NCBI GenBank assembly: GCA_037130925.1
Contig: JBAXSC010000001.1
Coordinates: 176,182 to 240,181 of the forward strand
Direction: 5' to 3'
Length of the DNA stretch: 64,000 nucleotides
Source: Candidatus Nomurabacteria bacterium
GTDB taxonomy: Bacteria > Patescibacteriota > Minisyncoccia > Phycocordibacterales > UBA5272
Of the stretch, positions 1 to 10,246 are shown one piece after another. A program made the position numbers and the translations under genes. Each line of letters opens with the position of its first letter. The stretch's first letter is position 1. Below the pieces are notes generated by a model. The model did no database searches. It had not been told where the DNA came from and saw nothing but the letters and a program-made list of their open reading frames with translations.

Positions 1-134
1 TAGTAAAAGAAGACGAATCATTAAGATCTCAATTAAAGAAACTTGGTTTTCTAAAAAGAGATCCAAGAAGTAAGGAAAGAAAGAAATTCGGTCTCAAGAA
101 AGCTCGTAAAGCTCCAACATGGTCAAAAAGATAG
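1..134 (+). CDS. rpsI: 30S ribosomal protein S9, 3' end (partial)
   Basis: Frame from base 3 reads ...[33 protein letters not shown], the canonical S9 C-terminus. Confidence 0.95.
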   Translation, partial: VKEDESLRSQLKKLGFLKRDPRSKERKKFGLKKARKAPTWSKR

Positions 135-151
135 TAAACAAAGACTCAAAA

Positions 152-180
152 GACTCAGTAGAAATACTGGGTTTTTTGTT
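152..180 (+). terminator. Rho-independent terminator after rpsI
   Basis: ACTCAGTA-GAAA-TACTGGGT hairpin followed by a T-run. Confidence 0.75.
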
Positions 181-231
181 TGACTTTATTTTTTTATTAA
201 GCTATTTTAGAGATATTAAATCTTATACATA

Positions 232-780
232 ATGATCAGTTCTTTAAAAGAATTAATGTTTGGTCTCGATCCATTGATCGCAGATCCTACATTAAAGAAA
301 TTCAAAGTTAAAATCGAAGATTTGAATAAAACTAATAGAATAGTTAAAGGAGGAATAAAAGGAATATTTTTTAATAGTTCATTTTTTAAAGGTCTTCCGG
401 CCATTAAAGATAAAAATAATAAAATCTATATTTTTTCTGTTAATTTTCATTCTTCTCAAATATCTTTTATAAGAGTGTTAGAAGAAATGAAAAATAGAAA
501 TTTAAGACCAATTAATATTTCTCTTTTTTTATATTTGAATTTAAAATCTTCAATATTAAGAAAAGAGTTTAAAAATATTGGCTATATGGATTCTAAGATT
601 AAAATGAATTTTTATTTAGCTTCTTTTAATGAAGAGAAAATTGATTTTTCTGTTTATAAAAGAGACGCTATTTTAGACAGGGAAATATATTTTCTTTGTG
701 AAAAAATTCCTTCCTTTTTTGAAAGATTGGTTAGTTTTATCAAAACCTCGGTTCCTAATATCCTTTTTTATTCAAGATAA
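232..780 (+). CDS. hypothetical protein
   Basis: 182-aa ORF with TTGACT promoter at 180 and a downstream hairpin. Confidence 0.7.
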   Translation: MISSLKELMFGLDPLIADPTLKKFKVKIEDLNKTNRIVKGGIKGIFFNSSFFKGLPAIKDKNNKIYIFSVNFHSSQISFIRVLEEMKNRNLRPINISLFLYLNLKSSILRKEFKNIGYMDSKIKMNFYLASFNEEKIDFSVYKRDAILDREIYFLCEKIPSFFERLVSFIKTSVPNILFYSR

Positions 781-817
781 TTGAAATAAAGAAGGATATT
801 TTATTTTGTTAAAGTAT

Positions 818-938
818 TTGACAAATAATTTATAATATTATAGGATATATTTAGTTAAATTTGCTCTTTAAAATCAAAAAAGAACAAATCTAAATTTCAA
901 AAACAATTATTTTTAAACAAAATTAAATTTTACAACAA
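818..938 (+). promoter_or_regulatory. sigma70 promoter + boxA-like hairpin leader (copy 1 of 3)
   Basis: TTGACA-N17-TAGGAT; TGCTCTTTAAAA at 862-873 can pair with AGAACAAA; homologous to 22253-22370 and 35466-35588. Confidence 0.75.
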
Positions 939-1631
939 ATGAAAAGTAAAAGAGTGGACTTGTGTGAATCACTTTTTGGTATTAAATTGCCAGAATTATT
1001 TCCTTACAAATCAAACAGAAAAATAGAAAGTGAGGAAAAAAATGAAAACGGAATTCTTGTTCCTGGTAAATGGGAATATAAAAATGAATCTGTTATTATT
1101 CATCCAGATTTGGAAAAATTTTTACCGGTAGAAACTATGACCCCAGAGCAAGCATTGCGACAGTTGAATATTTGCTCAAGTATTGCAATGGGTTGGGCAA
1201 ATGACAGCTACAAATATTTTGGACAAAAGCTTATGATGCATTTTTATTGCCAAGCAATATTAAATTGCATTTATTTTGCTTCAAAAAATTTTTCTGTTTG
1301 GGAAAAGGTAGTTTGTAATGATATGGATTTTTGGGGTTTTTTAGGAAAAGAGATTTTTGTATTTTGTGATGGATTTAAAGGGGAAAGACCAGATTTGTTT
1401 TATTATTCAAAAAAAATTACATTTTCTTTATTGAGATTAAAATTAGAAAATGGTGTATTACTTTATAAAGGACGAGAAAATAGTAAAAATGTTTGGGTTG
1501 GTAATGAGCTTTATAGTGCCATGACCATCGGACTTTTTTACAATGATAATCCTTTTAGTAAAGATGCTATTTTAAAAATTCTTAATGAGAAGTGTAATGA
1601 AGTAACAAAAAAACTGAATGCTACAAAGTAA
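939..1631 (+). CDS. hypothetical protein
   Basis: 230-aa ORF between its own promoter and terminator. Confidence 0.75.
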   Translation: MKSKRVDLCESLFGIKLPELFPYKSNRKIESEEKNENGILVPGKWEYKNESVIIHPDLEKFLPVETMTPEQALRQLNICSSIAMGWANDSYKYFGQKLMMHFYCQAILNCIYFASKNFSVWEKVVCNDMDFWGFLGKEIFVFCDGFKGERPDLFYYSKKITFSLLRLKLENGVLLYKGRENSKNVWVGNELYSAMTIGLFYNDNPFSKDAILKILNEKCNEVTKKLNATK

Positions 1632-1655
1632 TTTTTTGGTTTTAAAAGACATCAG

Positions 1656-1686
1656 AAAGGTCGGATATTTTCCGGCCTTTTATTTT
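1656..1686 (+). terminator. Rho-independent terminator
   Basis: AAAGGTCGGA/TCCGGCCTTT stem + T-run. Confidence 0.75.
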
Positions 1687-1793
1687 GCCCAAAAAGTCAT
1701 TTTATGATATTATATTTACAACACTAAGACGGTAGCTAAAGGATATTATTCAGAAAAGCATGTTTTAGTTTAGTGTTTTGTTATTTAAAAAAT

Positions 1794-2408
1794 ATGAAAG
1801 ATATTAACTCAAATCAAGAAGAAATAGAAGAATCAGAAAAAGATGATGTTGTCTTTGAAGAGCTAAATGCAGAAGGTGAAGAATTTAGTGAAAAAGATAA
1901 ACAAAAAAATGCTAAAAATAAATTAGCAGAAAAGTTTGCTGACAAAATAGAAAGATTAGAAAAAGAAAGAGATGAATATTTGAAAGGATGGCAAAGAATT
2001 CAAGCAGATTATAAAAATCGTGAGAAAGAAATAGAAGAATATAAAAAATCAGTTATTAAATTTGCGAATGCAGATTTTGTAAAAGATTTATTACCTGTGC
2101 TTGATGGATATGATCTGGCAAGAAGTAATAAAACTCAATGGGAAAATGTAGATAGTAATTGGAGAGTAGGTATAGAATATCTATTTTCTCAACTCTCAAA
2201 TGTTGTAGAAAGTAATGGTGTAGAAATTTTTGGTAAAGAAGGAGAAAATTATAATCCTGTCATACATGAAGCTATAGAAACTGTGAATTTATCAAGTGAA
2301 GAAAAAGACAAGAATGATAAAATAGTAAATGTAATACAAAAGGGATATAAAATTGGTGAGAAAATTTTACGACCTGCAAGAGTAAAAGTCGGAAAATTTG
2401 AAGAATAA
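1794..2408 (+). CDS. grpE: nucleotide exchange factor GrpE
   Basis: RIQADYKNR, LLPVLD, YNPVIHEA, QKGYKIGEKILRPARVKV motifs; ATG 1794 preferred; upstream of dnaK. Confidence 0.95.
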   Translation: MKDINSNQEEIEESEKDDVVFEELNAEGEEFSEKDKQKNAKNKLAEKFADKIERLEKERDEYLKGWQRIQADYKNREKEIEEYKKSVIKFANADFVKDLLPVLDGYDLARSNKTQWENVDSNWRVGIEYLFSQLSNVVESNGVEIFGKEGENYNPVIHEAIETVNLSSEEKDKNDKIVNVIQKGYKIGEKILRPARVKVGKFEE

Positions 2409-2422
2409 AATTATTAGAGTAA

Positions 2423-2499
2423 AAAATCAAAACAAATTATTTTAAAATTTCTTAACCCTAAAGGGCTCCGACAAAATTTTAAAAAATTATTTTGATTTT
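2423..2499. repeat. stem-loop carrying 23-nt loop CTTAACCCTAAAGGGCTCCGACA (copy 1)
   Basis: 29 bp (2448-2476) identical to 33932-33960, enclosed by a long AT-rich inverted repeat. Confidence 0.85.
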
Positions 2500-2528
2500 A
2501 TATAATATAAAAAATAAATTATAAAAAT

Positions 2529-4418
2529 ATGTCAAAAATTATTGGAATCGATTTAGGAACAACAAATTCAGCGGTGGCTATCATCGAAGGTGGTCAACCA
2601 AAAATTATAGAAAATGTAGAAGGATATCGTACAACTCCTTCTGTAGTTTCATTTTCAAAAAATGGAGAGAAGTCAGTAGGTATAACAGCAAAGAGACAAT
2701 CTGTAATTAATCCAGAAAATACAATTTATGGAGTAAAAAGATACATGGGTCACTCTTTTTCTGATAAAGAAGTACAAAATGATATTCCAAATGTTGCCTA
2801 CAAATTAAAAGAAGGAACTGGAGGATCAGTAACTGTGACTTTGGATGGAAAAGAATATCGTCCAGAGGAATTGTCTGCGATGATTCTTCAAAAAATAAAA
2901 TCAGATGTAGAAGCAAAGCTTGGTGAAAAAATTACAGAGGCTGTGATCACAGTACCTGCGTATTTTAATGATTCACAAAGACAAGCAACTATAGACGCTG
3001 GAAAAATTGCAGGACTCGATGTAAAAAGAATTATCCCAGAGCCAACAGCAGCTGCTCTCGCTTATGGATTTAATTCAAATAAAAATGAAAAGCTTGCAGT
3101 ATTCGACCTCGGAGGAGGAACATTTGATATTTCTATTCTTGAAGTAGGTGATGGAGTTGTGGAAGTTAAATCTGTAGATGGAGACTCTCATCTTGGAGGG
3201 CGCGATATTGATCAACAAATCATTAAATTTATTTCAGAGAAATTTAAAAATGAGACTGGTATCGATGTTTCAAAAGATCCTCTTGCAATACAAAGAATTG
3301 ACGAAGCTGCAGAAAAAGCAAAACATGAGCTTTCAACTCAATCAGAATCAGAAATCTTTTTACCATTCCTTGCAGCCGGACAAGATGGACCAAAGAATTT
3401 ACAAATGAAATTAACTCGTGCTGAGCTTGAAAATATTGCTCGTCCTTTTGTAGAAAGAGCAATTGAAATTACAAAGAGAGCACTTGCAAATTCTCCTTTC
3501 AAAAAAGAAGAAATCAATGATGTTATTTTAGTTGGAGGACAAACAAGAATGCCAATGGTTATCGAGGCTGTTAAAAATCTTTTTGGTAAAGATCCAAATA
3601 GATCAATTAATCCTGATGAAGTTGTGGCACTCGGTGCAGCAGTACAAGCTGGAGTTTTACAAGGTGATGTCAAAGATGTTCTTCTTCTTGATGTTATTCC
3701 ACTTTCACTTGGTATCGAAACAATGGGTGGTGTTGCGACAAAACTAGTTGAGAAAAATACAACTATTCCAACACAAAGATCACAAACTTTCTCAACTGCA
3801 GCTGACAATCAGACTTCAGTAGAAATTCACATTGTTCAAGGTGAAAGACCATTAGCGGCTGATAATAAATCTCTAGGAAGATTTATTCTTGATGGTATTC
3901 CTCCAGCACCTCGTGGTATGCCACAAGTCGAAGTATCATTTGATCTTGATGCGAATGGTATTCTTCAGGTGAAAGCAAAAGATAGAACTTCAGGAAAAGA
4001 GCAATCAATCAGAATCGAGGCTTCATCTGGTCTTTCAAAAGAAGATATTGAAAAAATGCAAAGAGAAGCAGAAGCAAATGCAGAAGCTGACAAACAAAAA
4101 ATGGAATTAATTGAAGCAAAGAATTTTGCTGATCAAGTAATTCATACAGCTGAAAAAGCTTTGAAAGATGCTGAAGGAAAAATTTCTGATGAAATTAAAA
4201 ATGATGTCACAGAAAAAAGAATTAATTTAACTTCAGTTAAAAATAATCCTGATTCATCTCTAGAGCAAATTAAAAAAGCTACAGAAGAATTGTCAGAATC
4301 AATGATGAAAATAGGTGAGGCTATGAAGACTGCAAATGATCAAGCAAATCCAAATCCAGAAAATCCAACTGGAGATGCAAATCAAGCTGATCAAAATTCT
4401 TCAGAACAAACTCAATAA
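2529..4418 (+). CDS. dnaK: chaperone DnaK (Hsp70)
   Basis: [32 protein letters not shown] motifs. Confidence 0.99.
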   Translation: MSKIIGIDLGTTNSAVAIIEGGQPKIIENVEGYRTTPSVVSFSKNGEKSVGITAKRQSVINPENTIYGVKRYMGHSFSDKEVQNDIPNVAYKLKEGTGGSVTVTLDGKEYRPEELSAMILQKIKSDVEAKLGEKITEAVITVPAYFNDSQRQATIDAGKIAGLDVKRIIPEPTAAALAYGFNSNKNEKLAVFDLGGGTFDISILEVGDGVVEVKSVDGDSHLGGRDIDQQIIKFISEKFKNETGIDVSKDPLAIQRIDEAAEKAKHELSTQSESEIFLPFLAAGQDGPKNLQMKLTRAELENIARPFVERAIEITKRALANSPFKKEEINDVILVGGQTRMPMVIEAVKNLFGKDPNRSINPDEVVALGAAVQAGVLQGDVKDVLLLDVIPLSLGIETMGGVATKLVEKNTTIPTQRSQTFSTAADNQTSVEIHIVQGERPLAADNKSLGRFILDGIPPAPRGMPQVEVSFDLDANGILQVKAKDRTSGKEQSIRIEASSGLSKEDIEKMQREAEANAEADKQKMELIEAKNFADQVIHTAEKALKDAEGKISDEIKNDVTEKRINLTSVKNNPDSSLEQIKKATEELSESMMKIGEAMKTANDQANPNPENPTGDANQADQNSSEQTQ

Positions 4419-4499
4419 TTGAAATTTTTTAGAGTAGAAAATAGAAATATTTTCTACTTGGTAAAGAATTTAATTCTGATATAATTAAAAAATAAAAAT

Positions 4500-4877
4500 A
4501 TGACACCAAAATTAAAAAATTTAACAATCTGTGAAAATGTTATTATTGCACAAAACAAAACAAGAAGTTATATTAATATTTTTGATAGAGTAAAATCTGA
4601 TTTGCCGGTTGTTTTTCCAAAATTTTACATAGTTTCATCAATTGAAAGTGATCAAGAAAGTGAAAAGTATATTGAAAAAATAGAAATAATAGATCCTGAT
4701 GGAAATGTTTTATCTAAGATCGAAGGTGATACACAAACTGAATTATATAAAAGTCATTTTATATGTCAATTTAATAATATAAATTTTCAAAAATCTGGAA
4801 AGTATTTAGTTAGAGTTTATATTAATGGTAGTGAAATAACAAATAGTAATGAATCTTTTGTTGTTGAAAATATATAA
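4500..4877 (+). CDS. hypothetical protein, DUF6941-like beta-sandwich
   Basis: ICENVI...YINIFDR...IDPDG...INFQKSGKYLVRVYING pattern. Confidence 0.6.
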   Translation: MTPKLKNLTICENVIIAQNKTRSYINIFDRVKSDLPVVFPKFYIVSSIESDQESEKYIEKIEIIDPDGNVLSKIEGDTQTELYKSHFICQFNNINFQKSGKYLVRVYINGSEITNSNESFVVENI

Positions 4878-4881
4878 AAAT

Positions 4882-5286
4882 ATGAACTCTGTTGAAAGCA
4901 AAATTTTTTATAATACTGAATCTAACATTATTGATGTTAGTAATGATGGTGATTATAATAAAAAGCCATTATCAACAAACGATTTAATTAATATTTTAAT
5001 TAAAAAAGTAGACGAAACAACTGTAACATCAAATAAAGCAGAAAAAATTTCTAAAGATGCTTATAATTTAACTTTATTTGGTTTTCTTGTGCTTTTGGTT
5101 ATGGTTGCAGGATTGATTCTTTCCGGGTATTCTATAGTACAACAGTCTTCTCATAATGAAAATGATTATAATAATAAGATTTTTGAATACGATAGTAAAA
5201 TTTCTAAAAATGAAAATGACATTAAAAATTTAAAGATATGTTTATCTATTAGTAAATGGTTAAATCCAAAATGTTTAGATAATTAA
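4882..5286 (+). CDS. hypothetical single-pass membrane protein
   Basis: One TM segment followed by a coiled region; second ATG avoids the overlap. Confidence 0.65.
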   Translation: MNSVESKIFYNTESNIIDVSNDGDYNKKPLSTNDLINILIKKVDETTVTSNKAEKISKDAYNLTLFGFLVLLVMVAGLILSGYSIVQQSSHNENDYNNKIFEYDSKISKNENDIKNLKICLSISKWLNPKCLDN

Positions 5287-5302
5287 ATTATAAAATAAAA
5301 AT

Positions 5303-5584
5303 ATGAAAACAAAAAAAGAATTAGAAGGAAAAGTTTGGTATAGAATATTAAAAGTTTTATTTATTATTTTATTTATTTTTTCAATTATGGGAATTTTAGT
5401 TTTTTCATATAATGATTCTCACAATGTTTTATATTATAAAGGATATATATTGTCTAATAGTATGGATTATATAAAAGATTCATTTGATTTAATAACTCTT
5501 TCAATTATCAATATATGTTTATTTATATTAATTAGAAATACTTTCTATTATATTGTTTTAGGGAAATTTAGACCAAAAGATTAA
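5303..5584 (+). CDS. small 2-TM membrane protein
   Basis: Two hydrophobic helices; 4 bp upstream of dnaJ. Confidence 0.65.
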   Translation: MKTKKELEGKVWYRILKVLFIILFIFSIMGILVFSYNDSHNVLYYKGYILSNSMDYIKDSFDLITLSIINICLFILIRNTFYYIVLGKFRPKD

Positions 5585-5588
5585 AATT

Positions 5589-6710
5589 ATGTCACAAAAA
5601 AATTATTACGAATTATTGGGAGTTTCAAAATCGGCAAGTAAAGAAGAAATTAAAAAAGCTTTTTATAAACTTGCGTCTAAATATCATCCAGATAAAAAAG
5701 GTGGTGATGAAGCAAAATTCAAAGAGGTAAATGAAGCTTACCAAGTTCTTTCTAATGATCAAAAAAGAAAAGAGTACGATACATATGGACAAACATTTTC
5801 TGGAGCAGGATCAAATGGTCGAAGTGGATTTGGACAGCAGCAAGGTCAAGGATTCGGTGGATTTGATTTCTCTGGATTTCAAGGATTCAATCAAGGAGAT
5901 TTTCAAGACATGGATTTTGATTTAGGTGATATTTTCGGAGAAATGTTTGGAGGTGGTGGATTTGGTGGACAGCAAAGAGAAAAGAGAGGTCGTGATATGT
6001 CTCTCGAAATTGATATTAATTTTGAAGAAGCAGTATTTGGAATTGAAAGAAATATTTTAATCTCTAAAATCTCAAAATGTAAGACCTGTACAGGTTCTGG
6101 AGCAAAAGTAGGTACGAGTATGGAAACTTGTCATAAATGCGCAGGAAAGGGCAAAATTCACGACGTGAAGCGTACTATATTCGGTGCTATGCAATCAGTG
6201 AAGACTTGTGATGAATGTAATGGAAAAGGTCAGGTTCCAAAAGAGAAATGTGAGACATGTAAAGGTAATGGAGTTTTGAATACAAAAGAAGATATTAAAA
6301 TTTCAATTCCAGCTGGAATAAATAATGGAGAAGTAATCAGAATGGGTGGAATGGGTGAAGCTGTAAAAGATGGTAAAGCTGGAGATCTCTATATTAAAAT
6401 TTTTGTAAAAGCACACAAGATTTGGAAGAGAGAAGGAAATGATCTTGTGATGAATCATGATATAAAATTATCTGATGCATTACTCGGAGCAAAGCATATC
6501 ATCTCAACGCTTGATGGAAATGTAGAAGTTATAATTCCTATCGGAGCTCATGCGAATGATATTTTGAGGGTGAAAGGAAGAGGTGTGCCTCATACTTCGA
6601 ATCCAAAAGTTAGGGGAGATATTTTAATTAAATTAAATATTCAAATTCCTAAAAAACTTTCGAGAAAAGCAGAAGAATTAGTAAATAAATTAAAAGAAGA
6701 AGGTCTCTAA
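5589..6710 (+). CDS. dnaJ: chaperone DnaJ
   Basis: J domain with HPD, G/F region, four CxxCxGxG repeats. Confidence 0.99.
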   Translation: MSQKNYYELLGVSKSASKEEIKKAFYKLASKYHPDKKGGDEAKFKEVNEAYQVLSNDQKRKEYDTYGQTFSGAGSNGRSGFGQQQGQGFGGFDFSGFQGFNQGDFQDMDFDLGDIFGEMFGGGGFGGQQREKRGRDMSLEIDINFEEAVFGIERNILISKISKCKTCTGSGAKVGTSMETCHKCAGKGKIHDVKRTIFGAMQSVKTCDECNGKGQVPKEKCETCKGNGVLNTKEDIKISIPAGINNGEVIRMGGMGEAVKDGKAGDLYIKIFVKAHKIWKREGNDLVMNHDIKLSDALLGAKHIISTLDGNVEVIIPIGAHANDILRVKGRGVPHTSNPKVRGDILIKLNIQIPKKLSRKAEELVNKLKEEGL

Positions 6711-6733
6711 AATTTTCTAAAAATAATTTATAA

Positions 6734-6771
6734 AAATAAAAATCCTGAAATTAATTTCAGGATTTTTATTT
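6734..6771. terminator. bidirectional terminator
   Basis: AAATAAAAATCCTGAAA/TTTCAGGATTTTTATTT inverted repeat between convergent genes. Confidence 0.8.
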
Positions 6772-6779
6772 AAAGAATT

Positions 6780-7037
6780 TTAATTTCCAACTACACGAGA
6801 TCCATTCATATAAGAAAGTGTAAATAATGTAATTATTATAATAACAATAGCAAATACAACTAAAATTGTAGAATTTAATCTTTTTTTATCTTTAACTTCT
6901 TCTTGTTCAACTTTTTCGTAAAGAGCTTCAAGATTTGCTATATGAGGATCTACAGTAAAAGGTGCAACTTTATGAAGCTCTGTATCTGGAACCATATTTT
7001 CTGGTTTAGGAATATTATTTATATTTGGATTTTCCAT
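6780..7037 (-). CDS. small membrane protein
   Basis: 85 aa, C-terminal TM helix. Confidence 0.65.
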   Translation of the reverse strand: MENPNINNIPKPENMVPDTELHKVAPFTVDPHIANLEALYEKVEQEEVKDKKRLNSTILVVFAIVIIIITLFTLSYMNGSRVVGN

Positions 7038-7139
7038 ATTTTTATAAATTATTTATTATATTAAATTATAACATACATAAAATATGTATTTAAAATATTT
7101 TTTTAGTTTTCCACACTTTGGTGTATAATAGTAAAAAAT

Positions 7140-7210
7140 TACCTGATCGTCTAATGGTAGGACAACAGTTTCTGGCACTGTTAATTGGGGTTCGAATCCC
7201 TATCGGGTAG
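7140..7210 (+). tRNA. tRNA-Gln(CTG)
   Basis: Acceptor TACCTGA/TCGGGTA, anticodon arm ACAGT-TTCTGGC-ACTGT, GTTCGAATCC T-loop. Confidence 0.95.
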
Positions 7211-7235
7211 CAAGATAATGATTAATATTTTTATA

Positions 7236-8003
7236 TTATTCTATAACTGTAAATAAACCAGCTTTTAAGATATTTTTTCTTAATTCTGTTCTTTTTTCTT
7301 TTTCATTTGTATGACTTTCATCTCCGACTGTTTGACCTTTAATTAAATTATCTGATACATATACAAGTGCTGTACTTGGAACATTAAAATATTTAGATAC
7401 TGCAAAAATTGTAGAGATTTCCATTTCAACTCCATAATATCCATCATTAGACCAAGAAAGAATATCTTCTAAAGATTCTCCTAGCATTGCTTGATTAGTT
7501 ATTATTGGTCCTCTTTTAGTTGAAAAATTTGTTCCTAAATTCTTTTGAAGTAATTCAGATAATTTTTCATCTGAAAAATGTTTAAAATCTTTTGCTTCTT
7601 TATTATATATTCTTGTAGTACTTTCGTCTCCATAGCTATATGTAGGAATAATTAAATCTAAAGAATTGATATCTTTTTCTAGTCCACCACAACTACCAAG
7701 ATGAATATTTTTCTTTGAACCAAATAGACAAGCTAAATGAACAAATTCAGAAAGCATGGCTCCACCATACATTACAACAAACCAATAATTTTTATTATTT
7801 ATTTTAATTTCTAAAACATGAGATAGAAATCCTTCTAAAATTTTTAAAGAATAAGAAATATTACTTTCTTTTAAAACAGATTCTATTTCTTCTCTTTGCT
7901 TTTCTTCCATCCATCCTCCATAGGAAATAAAACCCTCAACTTGATAATCAAGTGGTAAATTAAGTTGTTTTTTAAAATCTTCTGCTGTAAATGTTTTATA
8001 CAT
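7236..8003 (-). CDS. nucleoside phosphorylase-family protein (PNP/UDP type)
   Basis: IHLGSCGGL, GDESTT, GVEMEIS, YVSDNL motifs. Confidence 0.8.
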   Translation of the reverse strand: MYKTFTAEDFKKQLNLPLDYQVEGFISYGGWMEEKQREEIESVLKESNISYSLKILEGFLSHVLEIKINNKNYWFVVMYGGAMLSEFVHLACLFGSKKNIHLGSCGGLEKDINSLDLIIPTYSYGDESTTRIYNKEAKDFKHFSDEKLSELLQKNLGTNFSTKRGPIITNQAMLGESLEDILSWSNDGYYGVEMEISTIFAVSKYFNVPSTALVYVSDNLIKGQTVGDESHTNEKEKRTELRKNILKAGLFTVIE

Positions 8004-8074
8004 ATATTTATATTATAATCATATAATAAATAATGTCAAAATAAGAAAATTGTTATATAATATATTCAAAATAT

Positions 8075-8521
8075 ATGTATCGTAAAGGCGTTGCGGCAAT
8101 TATAATAAATAAAAATCAAGAATTTCTTTTGATAAATTTAATTTCTTTTGAAGAGAAATATTTTGCTATTCCTGGCGGAGGAAGTGAAGATAATGAAAGT
8201 CTTGAAGAAACTGTTTATAGAGAAATAAAAGAAGAACTAGGAATAGGAAAAGATTCTTTGGAATTGATAGGAAAAAGTGAAAATCCTTTATGTTTTAAAT
8301 TTGCAGAAATAAAACTTTCTCGTAATGGAGTTGAATACGAAGGTTCAGAAAAATATTATTTTGGATTTAAATTTATAGGTGAAGATAGCGAAATAAAACT
8401 CAAAGAAGATGAAGTGAGATCTTATAAATGGGTTTCCTTTTCTGATTTAAAAGATTATTTATTATTTGATGAACAATTAAAAGATACTGAAGAAAAAATA
8501 AAGGAAATATTTATTATATAA
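8075..8521 (+). CDS. NUDIX hydrolase (RppH-like)
   Basis: YRKGV start; GGSEDNESLEETVYREIKEELG Nudix box. Confidence 0.9.
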   Translation: MYRKGVAAIIINKNQEFLLINLISFEEKYFAIPGGGSEDNESLEETVYREIKEELGIGKDSLELIGKSENPLCFKFAEIKLSRNGVEYEGSEKYYFGFKFIGEDSEIKLKEDEVRSYKWVSFSDLKDYLLFDEQLKDTEEKIKEIFII

Positions 8522-8529
8522 TTATTATT

Positions 8530-9855
8530 ATGGAAGAAATAGGGTCTAATATTCAAAAAAAAGAAAATCAGAAATCGATACGTGAACGTATTTATTTTCC
8601 TCATATAGATGCTATTACAAAAGCTTGGGAAAAACATTTTGGTACTATTGAACAATTTGAGTTCCATGCTATTAGAGAGATACTATATACATATATCGAA
8701 CAAAGAATAGACAAGACTTCTATTTATAATTCAGAAAAAATTGGTGCTTCTTTTGTTTACAGTATTACTGATCCAGGTGAATTAGCAAAAAATATATATA
8801 GTAAAATTACTAATGGTAAAATTTTAGATTTAAAGAAGAATATTACAGAAAATTCTAAAAAAGAAAAAGAATTTATGTTTATTGGTGGACTGGTTGGTAC
8901 ATCATCTGGAAATGAATATGCTTCTCAAGAAGAAGTTTTGCATAGAATGATAGAAGAATTACCTCGTGCATTTGAAGATATTAAAAATGGCGTAGAGCCA
9001 AAACAAAAAGAGATCTATACACTAGGATCACCTACAAATGAGCTTGGCGAAATTTCAGATAGATTTATATATTCTTTAAAAGATAAAAAAGCATCAGAAG
9101 AATTTGGTATGCTTTATGCTGATTTTATTTCTAATCTCTTAGCTAAAGAAGTTGATAATGATAAAACTACTAATATATATTTTAATGGAATTTCTATGGG
9201 TGCGGGTTTTGCAATTGAAACAGCAAAAGAATTAAAGAAAGAAAATTTTATCACACAAATACATGAAGAAATAAATAAACCTTTTTTACAGGTTCAGATA
9301 AATACACCTCCAGGGCAAAGTGATCCTTTAACAAAGTTTAAGAAAATAAAAATAAAAGCAGGATTTGTATTGCAGGTTTTGTATTCTATGGTAAACGATC
9401 CTTATATGAGAGATGTGATGATGCAAGATAGAAAATTTTTATCAAGTAAAAATAAAATACTTTCTGATAGAGGTATCGTATTAAATATGTCACCTGAGCA
9501 AAAGAATAAAAAAGAGAAAGTTATTTCTGAAGTCGTTCAAGATCTTGTTGATGGTGTATTTATTCCTAATGATTTAAAAATTACTGAAATAATAGGTAAA
9601 TCTGACCCACTAATGTATTCTAGTAAATTTAATGATAAATTAAAAGAACAAAGAAATAGATTTACAGAAAGAAGAGACATAGAAGGTGAATCTCTTGGAG
9701 AAAATATTGTTTCAAATGATAATGAACCAAACAGAAGAACTTTTGGAATTGGGACAAATCATAGTATTCCCTTTTTAAGGCCAAGTGAATTTCAAAGATT
9801 AAAAAAAGTTGTTAATTTGATTCAGGAATTAAAAACAGAACTTAATAATAAATAA
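8530..9855 (+). CDS. hypothetical protein, possible alpha/beta hydrolase
   Basis: GISMG (GxSxG), GKSDPL, NHSIPF in Ser-Asp-His order. Confidence 0.55.
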   Translation: MEEIGSNIQKKENQKSIRERIYFPHIDAITKAWEKHFGTIEQFEFHAIREILYTYIEQRIDKTSIYNSEKIGASFVYSITDPGELAKNIYSKITNGKILDLKKNITENSKKEKEFMFIGGLVGTSSGNEYASQEEVLHRMIEELPRAFEDIKNGVEPKQKEIYTLGSPTNELGEISDRFIYSLKDKKASEEFGMLYADFISNLLAKEVDNDKTTNIYFNGISMGAGFAIETAKELKKENFITQIHEEINKPFLQVQINTPPGQSDPLTKFKKIKIKAGFVLQVLYSMVNDPYMRDVMMQDRKFLSSKNKILSDRGIVLNMSPEQKNKKEKVISEVVQDLVDGVFIPNDLKITEIIGKSDPLMYSSKFNDKLKEQRNRFTERRDIEGESLGENIVSNDNEPNRRTFGIGTNHSIPFLRPSEFQRLKKVVNLIQELKTELNNK

Positions 9856-9864
9856 AATATATTT

Positions 9865-10239
9865 ATGAATTATAAATTAGATTTAAACGAGAGACCTTTT
9901 AAAGCTATAAAAGCTGGTACTAAAAAAGTTGAAGGTCGTACACCAGAAAATGATACTGATACGATGTTTGATGATATGAAAGCTGGTGATACTATAACTT
10001 TTATAAATAATATTTCTCAAGAAGAAATAACTTGTGAAGTTTTGTATGTTTCTAAATATCCAAATGTAAAATTGATGCTCGAAACAGAAGGAACTAAAAA
10101 TGTATTATCTAGTGGTGGGAATGTAGAAGAAGGAATTAAAAGTTTTGATAGTTTAGAAGGGTATAAAGAACGTATTTTAAAATACGGAGTATATGCTATT
10201 GCTATTTCTTATATTTCTGAAAATGTAAAATCTATTTAA
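9865..10239 (+). CDS. ASCH/PUA-domain protein
   Basis: FKAIKAGTKKVEGR, GDTITF motifs. Confidence 0.85.
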   Translation: MNYKLDLNERPFKAIKAGTKKVEGRTPENDTDTMFDDMKAGDTITFINNISQEEITCEVLYVSKYPNVKLMLETEGTKNVLSSGGNVEEGIKSFDSLEGYKERILKYGVYAIAISYISENVKSI

Positions 10240-10246
10240 TATTATT

